Shown: in pieces, positions 30,048 to 38,691 of the stretch
How the letters are laid out: each line of letters starts with the position of its first letter
How positions within the stretch are numbered: the first letter of the stretch is position 1
Origin: Candidatus Latescibacterota bacterium
GTDB lineage: Bacteria; Latescibacterota; UBA2968; GCA-2709665
Length of the DNA stretch: 64,000 nt
Assembly (NCBI GenBank): GCA_965219995.1
Contig: CBDCOX010000002.1
Span: forward strand, 5,088,001-5,152,000
Direction of reading: 5' to 3'
Program-made: the position numbers and the translations under genes
Notes under the pieces: model-generated
The model's input: the letters and a program-made list of their open reading frames with translations, nothing else
Told to the model about the DNA's origin: nothing
Database searches by the model: none

Positions 30048-30354
30048 GGCGGTTGCCCGGGGCCTCGCACAGCGGTTACGTCGGGCTTCCGCCAACACAA
30101 TCCTCACACGAAGCCACAAAGACACAAAGGGAAAACCGAAACCTGCAACTGTTGCGTATTGCAACACTTTCTCAACGTCAAACGCGACGATGGTGTTCAG
30201 TGCTGTTCCGAAGAGCAGCAAAAAACCGCATTCGTCTTGATTCGAGAAACCAATGCGTTGACGTGGGCGCCATAAACCTTCAGAATCAGAAAAGGCGCAT
30301 CGAGGGCAAGATGCCCTCGCTCCCAAAGAACCTCCCTCCCGGCCCCTACCCCGG

Positions 30355-30604
30355 GGGGAGACGGGAGACGGAAGAGTGGAGAAAATATGAGTGCCCTATA
30401 GTTTTTCATGTCATTACGATCACGGCAAAGAAACCGGCACGTGCTGTATGGAAACACTGCGGTAAAGGTAATCCTCTACCGTCTACCGGCTCACGTCTCA
30501 CCGGTTTTGTTGCCTCGTGCGGTTTCATTTTTCGCCGGAGGCAAAAAGAAAGAACCGATTGGGCAAGGATGTCATCTACCGTCTCCCGTCTCCCCTCTCC
30601 CCGC
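30355..30604. mobile_element. MITE-like element, family A, copy 4
   Basis: 17-bp perfect IR GGGGAGACGGGAGACGG (30355-30371) / CCGTCTCCCGTCTCCCC (30579-30595); same orientation as copy 3. Confidence 0.8.
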
Positions 30605-30679
30605 CTCTTGAAAGGGAATAGGGGATTTGTGGGGTGGGGAAGAGTCTACGGTATAATAGACAGCCAAATGGAGGTCTTC

Positions 30680-31468
30680 ATGGACATGAATCTCAAGGGC
30701 AAAATCGCGCTGGTGACGGGCGGGAACCGCGGGATCGGTCTCGCGACGGCGATGGGCCTGGCGGAGGAGGGGTGCGACGTTGCGATTTGCGCCCGGCGGG
30801 AGGAGACGTTGGCAGAGGCAGCGGCGAAAATCGAGGCGCTGGGCGTCCGTGTTGCCGCCATCCAGGCGGACGTGCAGGACCCTGACGACGCGGCGCGGTT
30901 TGTGGAGGAATCCGCGGCACGGCTTGGCGGGATCGATATTCTGATCAACAACGTGGGCGGCCGGTCCGGCGACCGGCTGATGGATTCGACCGACGAGGAC
31001 TGGGTGGAGACCTTCGACAAGAACGTGTTCCACGGCGTGCGGCTGACCCGGCTTGTGGTCCCTCACATGCGGGCGCGGGGCGGCGGTTCGGTGGTGTTCA
31101 TCTCGTCCATATCGGGATGGATACCGCAGCTGAGCGGCGCGGTTCAGTACGGCGCGTCCAAGGCCGCCCAGATCTTCATGGCCGAACCCATGGCGCTCGA
31201 ACTGGTGCACGACCGCATCCGCGTAAACGTGGTATCGCCGGGGTCGATTATTTTCGAAGGCGGCGGTTGGGACGGTATGCGTCAGGAAAAACCGGAGGTG
31301 TTCGCCGCTTACGAGAGAGACGGATTTCCGATGGGCGGTCTCGGATCTCCTGAAGACGTCGCCGACGTGGTTGTGTTCCTGGCATCCGACCGCTCCCGCT
31401 GGGTGAATGGCGAAAACGTCCGCGCGGACGGCCTCGAACAGCCGGTTCCCGCGGTGCGGCCGTGGTAG
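30680..31468 (+). CDS. SDR family oxidoreductase
   Basis: TGGNRGIG, INNVG, YGASK, VNVVSPG; GGAGG RBS. Confidence 0.92.
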   Translation: MDMNLKGKIALVTGGNRGIGLATAMGLAEEGCDVAICARREETLAEAAAKIEALGVRVAAIQADVQDPDDAARFVEESAARLGGIDILINNVGGRSGDRLMDSTDEDWVETFDKNVFHGVRLTRLVVPHMRARGGGSVVFISSISGWIPQLSGAVQYGASKAAQIFMAEPMALELVHDRIRVNVVSPGSIIFEGGGWDGMRQEKPEVFAAYERDGFPMGGLGSPEDVADVVVFLASDRSRWVNGENVRADGLEQPVPAVRPW

Positions 31469-31497
31469 CCGCGGAGCAAATTGGGAATTCTGGCACG

Positions 31498-32154
31498 ATG
31501 GAGCCGGACGAAGACCTGGATACAAGGCGGTCGAGGACGCGGGCGATCATCGGAAAGTTAAAGGGCATTTATCCTGACGCCGAATGTTCGCTGTCTTACG
31601 AGAATCCGCTCCAGTTGCTGATCGCCACGATGCTCTCGGCACAGTGTACCGACGAACGCGTCAATAGGGTGACGCCCGGTCTCTTCGAGCGGTGTCCGAC
31701 GGCCGTGGATTATGCCGATGCGCCCCTTGAAGAATTGGAGGACCTGATCCGCTCGACCGGTTTTTTTCGCAATAAAGCACGAAATATCCAGGGGTGCTGC
31801 CAGGCGCTGGTGGAAAACCACGACGGAAAGGTGCCGCGGACTCTGGATGAACTGGTGGCGCTCGACGGCGTTGGAAGAAAGACCGCCAACGTCGTTCTGG
31901 GAAACGCATTCGGAATTGCCGAAGGCGTGGTCGTGGATACGCACGTGCGCCGGATATCCAATCGACTGGGCCTGACCCGCAGGCAGGACCCTGTCAAAAT
32001 CGAACAGGACCTGATTGTGCTCGTGCCGAAGAAAGACTGGGTGGACCTGCCGCATCTGTTCATTCATCACGGGCGGGCGATCTGCAGTGCCAGGTCACCG
32101 GATTGCGACGCATGCGGAGTCGGCGCGCTGTGTCCGTCACAGGGCCGGGCGTGA
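31498..32154 (+). CDS. nth: Endonuclease III
   Basis: LSAQCTD, GFFRNKA, LDGVGRKTANVV, VDTHV and the C-terminal Cx6Cx2Cx5C Fe-S motif. Confidence 0.96.
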   Translation: MEPDEDLDTRRSRTRAIIGKLKGIYPDAECSLSYENPLQLLIATMLSAQCTDERVNRVTPGLFERCPTAVDYADAPLEELEDLIRSTGFFRNKARNIQGCCQALVENHDGKVPRTLDELVALDGVGRKTANVVLGNAFGIAEGVVVDTHVRRISNRLGLTRRQDPVKIEQDLIVLVPKKDWVDLPHLFIHHGRAICSARSPDCDACGVGALCPSQGRA

Positions 32155-32270
32155 CGACTTCCACCGTGTGATTCGGTTGTTCCACGTTCCGGATACCGAC
32201 GCCACGGGAAGTGTCGTTTGGCGTTTTCCTCACTGACAGGAAATGTGGGTATTTTTTTCGAATTTGGGGC

Positions 32271-32299
32271 TTGACTTTCGATATTCGGAACGATAAATT
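32271..32299 (+). promoter_or_regulatory. Sigma70-type promoter upstream of dksA
   Basis: TTGACT-17 nt-TAAATT. Confidence 0.6.
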
Positions 32300-32476
32300 T
32301 TCGTCCGAAAAATCCGATGAGATACGCTCCGGTTCCGGGATCGGGGCCCGCCTCGGGACCTGTGCCAGCAGAAATCTGAGTTCTTTCGGGAGAAAGCTAT
32401 CGGCATCTTTGCCTGATGTCGATGTCGGATGCAGGTTCCAGGAGAAGGGTCTGGCGCCGCGGAGGTCGAACGGAAT

Positions 32477-32911
32477 ATGGCCGAGAAACTGGCTTCTGAA
32501 AAGCTGGCGTTTTACCAGAAGTTGCTGCTGGATCGAAAGAAAGACCTGCTGAAACAGACCAGCCTGGAAGATGCCGATATTGACGAACTCAGAAAAGACC
32601 GCTCGGCGGATCCGTTCGACATGGCCGGGAACGCGATTTCACTGGAGTTGATGGCGACTCTGGGTAATAACGAACGGCGCGAGCTGGCCGAGATCGACCA
32701 TGCGCTGGGCAAGATCGAAGACGGAACCTACGGCATCTGCGAAGTGTCGGGGGAGATGATCGGCGAGATGCGCCTGGAAGCCATTCCCACGGCCCGTCAT
32801 ACCATGCAGGTCCAGCAGGAGAGAGAGCGAAATCCTCAGATTGTCGACCGACCGAGGCGGCGGGCGATCTCCGCCGAAGACCTGCCCATGAGTGGAGACG
32901 AAGATACCTGA
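32477..32911 (+). CDS. dksA: DksA/TraR family transcription factor (one-Cys type)
   Basis: DPFDMA coiled-coil tip; ALGKIEDGTYGICEVSGEMIGEMRLEAIPTA. Confidence 0.9.
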   Translation: MAEKLASEKLAFYQKLLLDRKKDLLKQTSLEDADIDELRKDRSADPFDMAGNAISLELMATLGNNERRELAEIDHALGKIEDGTYGICEVSGEMIGEMRLEAIPTARHTMQVQQERERNPQIVDRPRRRAISAEDLPMSGDEDT

Positions 32912-32929
32912 GGCGGAGCGAGATGGGAG

Positions 32930-32963
32930 AAAAACGGCGATTCTGAGCGGGATCGCCTTTTTT
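32930..32963 (+). terminator. Intrinsic terminator after dksA
   Basis: GGCGAT...ATCGCC stem followed by T6 and preceded by an A-run. Confidence 0.7.
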
Positions 32964-33056
32964 CGTGGCCGGGCGTCACCATCAGCTGTATCAACACGGC
33001 GAAGCAGCCGCGGCATCAAACATCACGACAACCAGAGCCACATCAGGTTCAAGATC

Positions 33057-34019
33057 ATGGCAAACACCCGGCAGATCGTACGTCAACTGGATATTCTGAG
33101 AGAACTCTCATCTCGGCAGTACGGCGCGACAATCAAGGAACTCGTTCAGACGTTTCGCGTGACGAGGCGGACAATAGAACGCGACCTGCGCGACCTTAGC
33201 GAAGCGGGCTTTCCCCTTTATACGGACAAACAAGGCCGTGAGAACGCGTGGAAACTCATGAGCGATAGCAGCGTGCCGCCCCTGAATTTTCCGGTGGGAG
33301 AGCTGATTGCCCTGACCTACATCACTGGAATCATCGAGGAATCGCCGTTTAAAACGGAATATTGGAACATGCTCAATCGGATCCGGACAACACTGCCGGA
33401 AAAGATGCGCGTATTCCTGGAACAGGCAGCCTATCATCCTCACATCCGCGGACAGAAGGCACAAATTAAACCTCATGTATTTCAAAGAACGCAGGAAGCA
33501 ATCACGGAGCGAAGGGTCTGTAACGTGACCTACCGCGCCATCGGCACCGGGGAGAGCAAGACTTATCCCATTCTGCCATTCAGGTTCTTGTACCACTACG
33601 ATGGCGTGTATCTGCTCTGCCGCAATCCGAAATACGGAAATTTACTGACCCTGGCCGCTGAACGGATCGAGGAAATTCAGGTCACGTCCCAGGTGTTTGA
33701 CGCGGCGGAAGATTCTGATATTGAAGAGCAACTCAACCAGGCATTCGGTGTCGTTCTTGAAGCACCGATCGAGGTTAGCGTCCGCTTCTCGCCATCCCAG
33801 GTGCCGTATATCAGACAACGGATATGGCACCCCACCCAGGAGATCGAGGAATTGGACGACGACGGTATCATTCTTCACTTTCGTGCAGGTGGCCTCTATG
33901 AAATTAAGTCGTGGATTCTGAGCCACGGCGCAAGCGCCGAAGTCCTGGCGCCATCGTCCTTGCGTGCCGAAATTTCCGAGGAACTTGAAAAAAATCTGAG
34001 ATCTTACAAAAAAACCTGA
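33057..34019 (+). CDS. WYL-domain transcriptional regulator (wHTH-WYL-WCX)
   Basis: VTRRTIERDLRDL HTH; YLLC and LAAERI in the WYL region; WHPTQ and EIKSWILSHGASAEVLAPSSLR (WCX). Confidence 0.92.
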   Translation: MANTRQIVRQLDILRELSSRQYGATIKELVQTFRVTRRTIERDLRDLSEAGFPLYTDKQGRENAWKLMSDSSVPPLNFPVGELIALTYITGIIEESPFKTEYWNMLNRIRTTLPEKMRVFLEQAAYHPHIRGQKAQIKPHVFQRTQEAITERRVCNVTYRAIGTGESKTYPILPFRFLYHYDGVYLLCRNPKYGNLLTLAAERIEEIQVTSQVFDAAEDSDIEEQLNQAFGVVLEAPIEVSVRFSPSQVPYIRQRIWHPTQEIEELDDDGIILHFRAGGLYEIKSWILSHGASAEVLAPSSLRAEISEELEKNLRSYKKT

Positions 34020-34023
34020 CGAC

Positions 34024-34044
34024 ATACGACGCGGTTCGTCGCAT
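34024..34044. promoter_or_regulatory. Putative WYL operator (inverted repeat)
   Basis: ATACGAC-N7-GTCGCAT, 6/7 match, between the WYL stop and the ATPase start. Confidence 0.4.
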
Positions 34045-34172
34045 ATCCTGTTTAACTTGAGGCGTGTTCATTGGAAACACGCCTCTTTTTGTTGCCCTGC
34101 GTCCGGAATGACACGGCGAAGACGTAGACAGGCGAACCTTGGAAATCGACTGGAAGGAGAGGATCTCAATCA

Positions 34173-36959
34173 ATGGACCGACGGGAACTTCGGGAGTTCT
34201 TTTCAAAATCTGGGCATTTTTCGTCCGGCAGCGAATACAGTCTGCACCTTTCGCGCACTTACATGCTTAACATTCTCCGTGTCGCCCAGTTCAACCGGAG
34301 CATTCGGTCGGACGTCGTTGGCTGTTTGAAGGAAGATGTAGCGATTCAGGAGCTTCTGGATGTCCAGGTTGATGTGCAATATCGCGACAACAAGAAGAAG
34401 GTAATCAGGAACATCAAGCGTGCGACTCAGAATCTCGAGCGGAAGACCAATCGGCCTCCTGAACCAGGGCCCGACGCGACAGCAACCCGTCTTGTCGTGG
34501 AACGTTTCTCGCTGGACGCGGCGGCGGCCGATCTGCTCGAACTGGCGCACGGCTATACCCATTGTTCTCTCACTAAAGAGATCTGGGACGCATTCAGGCC
34601 CTCATATTCAAGTCCTGTTGACGGATTGGAGCTCTTCTTGAGACGGCCGCGGCTGGAGATCGAGAAGGGCCTCAGGGAACTGGCACGTTCCGGAATCGCA
34701 GATTGGGAGAAGGGCACTCAACCGAACGAATACCAGGATCCGGACGACCTCATCGAAGACTGGTTCCACGAAGTGTGGCATCCACCAGTGCGGGACATGG
34801 ATGAATTGACTGCACGGCTGGTTGGTGAACCATGTGTCGCTCGGTTGCGTTTCGATGACTTCGCCCACGTCGCGGACACCAAGCACGTACGCCGCACTCT
34901 GAAAGCAGTAATGCTTCAGCGATGCAACGGCGCGCAGGCAACGGGTGTCAACATCCTGCTCGTGGGCAGGGCGGGTACGGGTAAGACCGAATTCGCAAAG
35001 ACGATCGCAGCGGCATCCGGATTGACACTCTTTTCCGTTGGCGAAATGCGAAATGGCGACGAAGAATCTTGCGATACCGACAACGACAGGCGCGCCGACC
35101 GTCGCAATGAACTGCGCATGGCGCAAACACTGCTTCATACCATGCCCGAAGCCGCGATTCTTTGCGACGAGGCCCAAGACGCGCTGGAGTCGACCGGCGG
35201 CTCCCGCCTCGCCAATCACCGGCTAATAGAGGAGAATCCCGTTCCGGTAATATACACCTCGAACAGTTTGAATGACCTGGACGAGAGCATGCTCCGGCGC
35301 TTCACGATGGTTGTCAGGTTCACGGCCCACGGACCGACGCGTCAGGCTGCCATCTTGCGGCGGATGCTGGCTGAAAGCGGCATCGAGGGTATCGACGCTA
35401 CCAAATGTGCCAGACGACTTGTGGACCGTCTAGAATGTCCGCCGGGCATCCTGGCGAAGGCCATTGAAACGACCCGCCTTGTGGGAGGCACGGAATCGGA
35501 CCTTTACAATCTCTGCGAACGGTCCGAGCTCACAATCGCCGCCAATAGAGCGCGCCCACGACTGGGGGCGCCGGTACGGGCTGCCCTGCCGTGGACGGCT
35601 TTTGCGCATCTGGGGCCGGTCGCCGAAGACGTAAGACAGACCCTCGCGGCGGCGATGGATTCGAAGCCAAAAGGCATAAATATCCTCCTGTACGGACCCC
35701 CGGGAACCGGAAAAACCGAATTTGCGCGTACACTCTGCGGCGAGGCGGGCGCACGGATGTACGCGATCGGCAACAATGAGGTCGGTTCCGAGGCGCGTGT
35801 TGCCGTATTCCGCACAAAAACACTCGATTATGCGCTCGAGTCATTGGCCGACGAGCCCGACTCGGTGATTTTCTTCGATGAAATGGAGGACTTCGACAGC
35901 GTGGAGAAACACTGGCTGAATCGCATCGTGGAAGAAAATCCGGTGCCCATCATCTGGGCGTGCAACTCGATTGGCTTCTACCGGATGATTCAGCCGTTCT
36001 TCATCGACCGGATGATGCACGCGATCGAATTCCGCCGCATGTCCGTCGGCGCGAGGAAGCGTGTGTTCTCCGGAATCCTCACCAATGCACAGGTGCCTGA
36101 TCCGGAAGTACGGCGACTCGCGACGGAACTGGCGCACGACGACAAAGTGACCCCCAGGCACCTGGCTCTGGCGACGCATCAGGCGGCTATGATCGCGGGG
36201 AACGCGGATGTCATCCGGCGGAATGTTGAACAGAAGGTGAAACTGCGTTACGGCGTCCGTCCGGTCGAAAGCTTCCCAATCAAGAACTACGACCTTTCTC
36301 TGGTCAACGCGGGTACGAATCTGGAGGAATTGACCGCACGGATGGTTGGAATCGGCGCGAAGCGTTTCGCGCTCTGTTTGTACGGCCCGCCCGGAACGGG
36401 GAAGACGGCCTTTGTGCGCCACATTGCAGAACGAATGGGGATGGAATTGTTGCCGAAACGAGCTTCGGATCTGCTCAGCAAGTGGGTGGGGGAAACCGAG
36501 CAGCAGATGGCCGCCGCCTTTTCGGAAGCCGTTGAGACAGGCTCATTTCTGGTATTCGACGAGGCCGACTCCCTCCTGATGGACCGCGAGCACGCCGTGC
36601 GGTCGTGGGAAACCGGCATGGTCAACGAGTTGCTCAGCCAGATGGAGCGGCACCCGCTTCCGTTCGCGTGTACCACGAATCGGCGGGAAGCGCTCGATCC
36701 GGCCGCTGCCCGCCGCTTCATATTCAGGGTCGAGTTCTTCTACATGGACCGGCAACGCGTCGAAAAGGCTTTCAGGTTCTTCTACGGGTTTGAAGCTCCG
36801 TCGGACGCACTTGTGCTTAACAAACTCACGCCGGCGGATTTCGCAAATGTCCGTGAGCGGGCGAAGATTCTGAATTTCCTCGACGACCCGGTGCGTATCG
36901 GCCGCGCACTCGAGGAGGAATGCCGCCACAAACCCGGCGTCGCACCGCTCGGATTCTGA
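34173..36959 (+). CDS. AAA+ ATPase with three tandem AAA modules
   Basis: Walker A GRAGTGKT (34965), GPPGTGKT (35694), GPPGTGKT (36384); Walker B ILCDE, IFFDE, LVFDE; Arg-finger regions LRRF, IDRM, ARRF; C-terminal LGF. Confidence 0.92.
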   Translation: MDRRELREFFSKSGHFSSGSEYSLHLSRTYMLNILRVAQFNRSIRSDVVGCLKEDVAIQELLDVQVDVQYRDNKKKVIRNIKRATQNLERKTNRPPEPGPDATATRLVVERFSLDAAAADLLELAHGYTHCSLTKEIWDAFRPSYSSPVDGLELFLRRPRLEIEKGLRELARSGIADWEKGTQPNEYQDPDDLIEDWFHEVWHPPVRDMDELTARLVGEPCVARLRFDDFAHVADTKHVRRTLKAVMLQRCNGAQATGVNILLVGRAGTGKTEFAKTIAAASGLTLFSVGEMRNGDEESCDTDNDRRADRRNELRMAQTLLHTMPEAAILCDEAQDALESTGGSRLANHRLIEENPVPVIYTSNSLNDLDESMLRRFTMVVRFTAHGPTRQAAILRRMLAESGIEGIDATKCARRLVDRLECPPGILAKAIETTRLVGGTESDLYNLCERSELTIAANRARPRLGAPVRAALPWTAFAHLGPVAEDVRQTLAAAMDSKPKGINILLYGPPGTGKTEFARTLCGEAGARMYAIGNNEVGSEARVAVFRTKTLDYALESLADEPDSVIFFDEMEDFDSVEKHWLNRIVEENPVPIIWACNSIGFYRMIQPFFIDRMMHAIEFRRMSVGARKRVFSGILTNAQVPDPEVRRLATELAHDDKVTPRHLALATHQAAMIAGNADVIRRNVEQKVKLRYGVRPVESFPIKNYDLSLVNAGTNLEELTARMVGIGAKRFALCLYGPPGTGKTAFVRHIAERMGMELLPKRASDLLSKWVGETEQQMAAAFSEAVETGSFLVFDEADSLLMDREHAVRSWETGMVNELLSQMERHPLPFACTTNRREALDPAAARRFIFRVEFFYMDRQRVEKAFRFFYGFEAPSDALVLNKLTPADFANVRERAKILNFLDDPVRIGRALEEECRHKPGVAPLGF

Positions 36960-37008
36960 CGGCTGGCTGCGGATCGACATTTTCTGCGGACAAAGCCAAG
37001 GAGGAACG

Positions 37009-37662
37009 ATGGCTCGAAAGGACCTATCAATAGCGCGTTTAATCCGCCAGCGGATGCAGGATCTCGGTATCACCCGGGGTGAGCTTGTCCGACGTATGGG
37101 ATATGCGAATATTACCAAAGGATGTCGTCGAATCGACCAGATCTGTGGCGGCCGAGTTGAATTCGCGGAGAACCTCCGGGCCGAGCTTGCAGAGGGGCTT
37201 GAGGTGGAAGTCAACGTGATTGACGAGTCCATTGAGGTCACCCGCGCGGAATTGATTGAAGCGGAAGACAAGGCCTATCGTGCATCTTTCATGCCCCACG
37301 CGGTGATTCTGACGGAGCTAAATGTACCGACTCAGATCACGTTTTACGCGATGACCGGCGGATCCCGTCATCGGATTATTCAGTTCAAGGAAGGGTCAAA
37401 TCCGGAAACGTACGCGATACAGGCACGAGAAGCGCTTCCCAACGTGGTGCCGTTCCTGGGCGCTCCAACCGGATATGTTATCAACTACACTCCTGATTTT
37501 GCGCTGAGATTCAACAAGGATGGCAGGCTCGTCGCGAGGCTCAGCCGTGCATTCCGGGTGGGGCAATCAAGCGTTGCTATCGGCGGCAAGGAGATCGACG
37601 AGAAAACCTGGGCGTCGCTCACTGGCGACGTTGATGTCCATTCCTCGCTCGATGTAAATTGA
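37009..37662 (+). CDS. Hypothetical protein with an N-terminal Cro/XRE-like HTH
   Basis: AAGGAGG RBS, 49 nt after the ATPase; IRQRMQDLGITRGELVRRMGY resembles an HTH. Confidence 0.7.
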   Translation: MARKDLSIARLIRQRMQDLGITRGELVRRMGYANITKGCRRIDQICGGRVEFAENLRAELAEGLEVEVNVIDESIEVTRAELIEAEDKAYRASFMPHAVILTELNVPTQITFYAMTGGSRHRIIQFKEGSNPETYAIQAREALPNVVPFLGAPTGYVINYTPDFALRFNKDGRLVARLSRAFRVGQSSVAIGGKEIDEKTWASLTGDVDVHSSLDVN

Positions 37663-37751
37663 CGCATATTGTTTGGAGCAACCACCGCTCCATTTCTTAA
37701 AGAAAATCAAGCCGGGACCGAGCGTTCGAACTATACACGTGGAGACGCGTC

Positions 37752-38162
37752 ATGTCGGACGAGAAAGACAAAAACCGTAACGTACAGGGCCGGAGACGTG
37801 TGGCAGTTGACGTTGCGGCGGCAAAGAAGGCAAGGGCGGAAGCGGCCACGTGGCGGGAAATCGCCGCGAAGGCGGCCGACGATTATTCGAAGCGGGAAGG
37901 GAAATTCGCAAGGCGGCTTGCGGAATTGGAGGCTTTGGGGGCCCTGGCCAGAGGGTGTCTGGAAGCGAAGGATGCAGCCAAAGCCCTCGAGGCTGCGGCG
38001 AAGAAGTGGGAGGCAGGTGACCGAGAACGCGCAAAGCACTTCGAGGAGGAAGCGAACACTGCGATGATGGACTCCCTGGACGGATTGGACAAAGCGGACG
38101 ATCTTTGGGAGATGGAGCAGGAGGAGAAATCGACCTCGCAGGGCGGCACGAAAACACCCTAG
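37752..38162 (+). CDS. Hypothetical Ala/Glu/Lys-rich coiled-coil protein
   Basis: GGAG RBS; helical composition; co-oriented with the upstream genes. Confidence 0.6.
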   Translation: MSDEKDKNRNVQGRRRVAVDVAAAKKARAEAATWREIAAKAADDYSKREGKFARRLAELEALGALARGCLEAKDAAKALEAAAKKWEAGDRERAKHFEEEANTAMMDSLDGLDKADDLWEMEQEEKSTSQGGTKTP

Positions 38163-38321
38163 ACCCAGAACCGGGGGCCAAGCCACCGTAACATTCTTTA
38201 TTGGACTCGGAGGGTGCGTGTTCTCACACAATGTTGGCACAAGGGGGTCAGCATAACAAAGCCTGCCAATTGGCATACTGGCAGGCGGGCTGTTGACGAA
38301 ATGTCGTGGTGCGGTGGATGC

Positions 38322-38570
38322 TTAATCTATGGCGTTCAGCCTTGCTTCGTTCGCGGCGATGCGTTCCCCGAACGAATCCAATCGGGAGTCAATTTTGTCC
38401 AGGCGAACTTCGATTCTGTCGAACCGTCTATCCATACGCCGTTCCAGATCGCTTGTCATATAATACACAATTCCAAAGGTAGCGATGAAATTGGATGTTG
38501 CCAACGCCAGGACGGCCACGATGATTCTGGTGGTTTCGGCGGTCCAGAATTTACCGTTACCTGTGGTCAT
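38322..38570 (-). CDS. Small protein with one TM helix and a coiled coil
   Basis: GAGG RBS; upstream TTGACA-16-TAGATT on the minus strand (38645-38618); heptads RMDRRFDRIEVRLDKIDSRLD. Confidence 0.65.
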   Translation of the reverse strand: MTTGNGKFWTAETTRIIVAVLALATSNFIATFGIVYYMTSDLERRMDRRFDRIEVRLDKIDSRLDSFGERIAANEARLNAID

Positions 38571-38691
38571 CGGATACCCTCATATTGGCTACTTGCAGGT
38601 AGCTGTGATACTGTAGAAATCTAACAAATCGCGGGGGCTTGTCAAGCCTGACCTTGAATCGAATTACCCAGGCGAACAGAGTAGCTGAACC

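Noticed and set aside
28422-30190. Canonical integron attC sites
   Set aside because: GTTA is present, but I found no paired RYYYAAC/GTTRRRY hairpin and no intI; kept only as a non-canonical cassette hypothesis.
30053-30679. N-terminal extensions on ORF-track calls (SDR from 30053, DmpA from 52181, Gfo from 22785, TMEM14 from 14652)
   Set aside because: They are read-through of repeats or neighbouring genes; better starts lie downstream.
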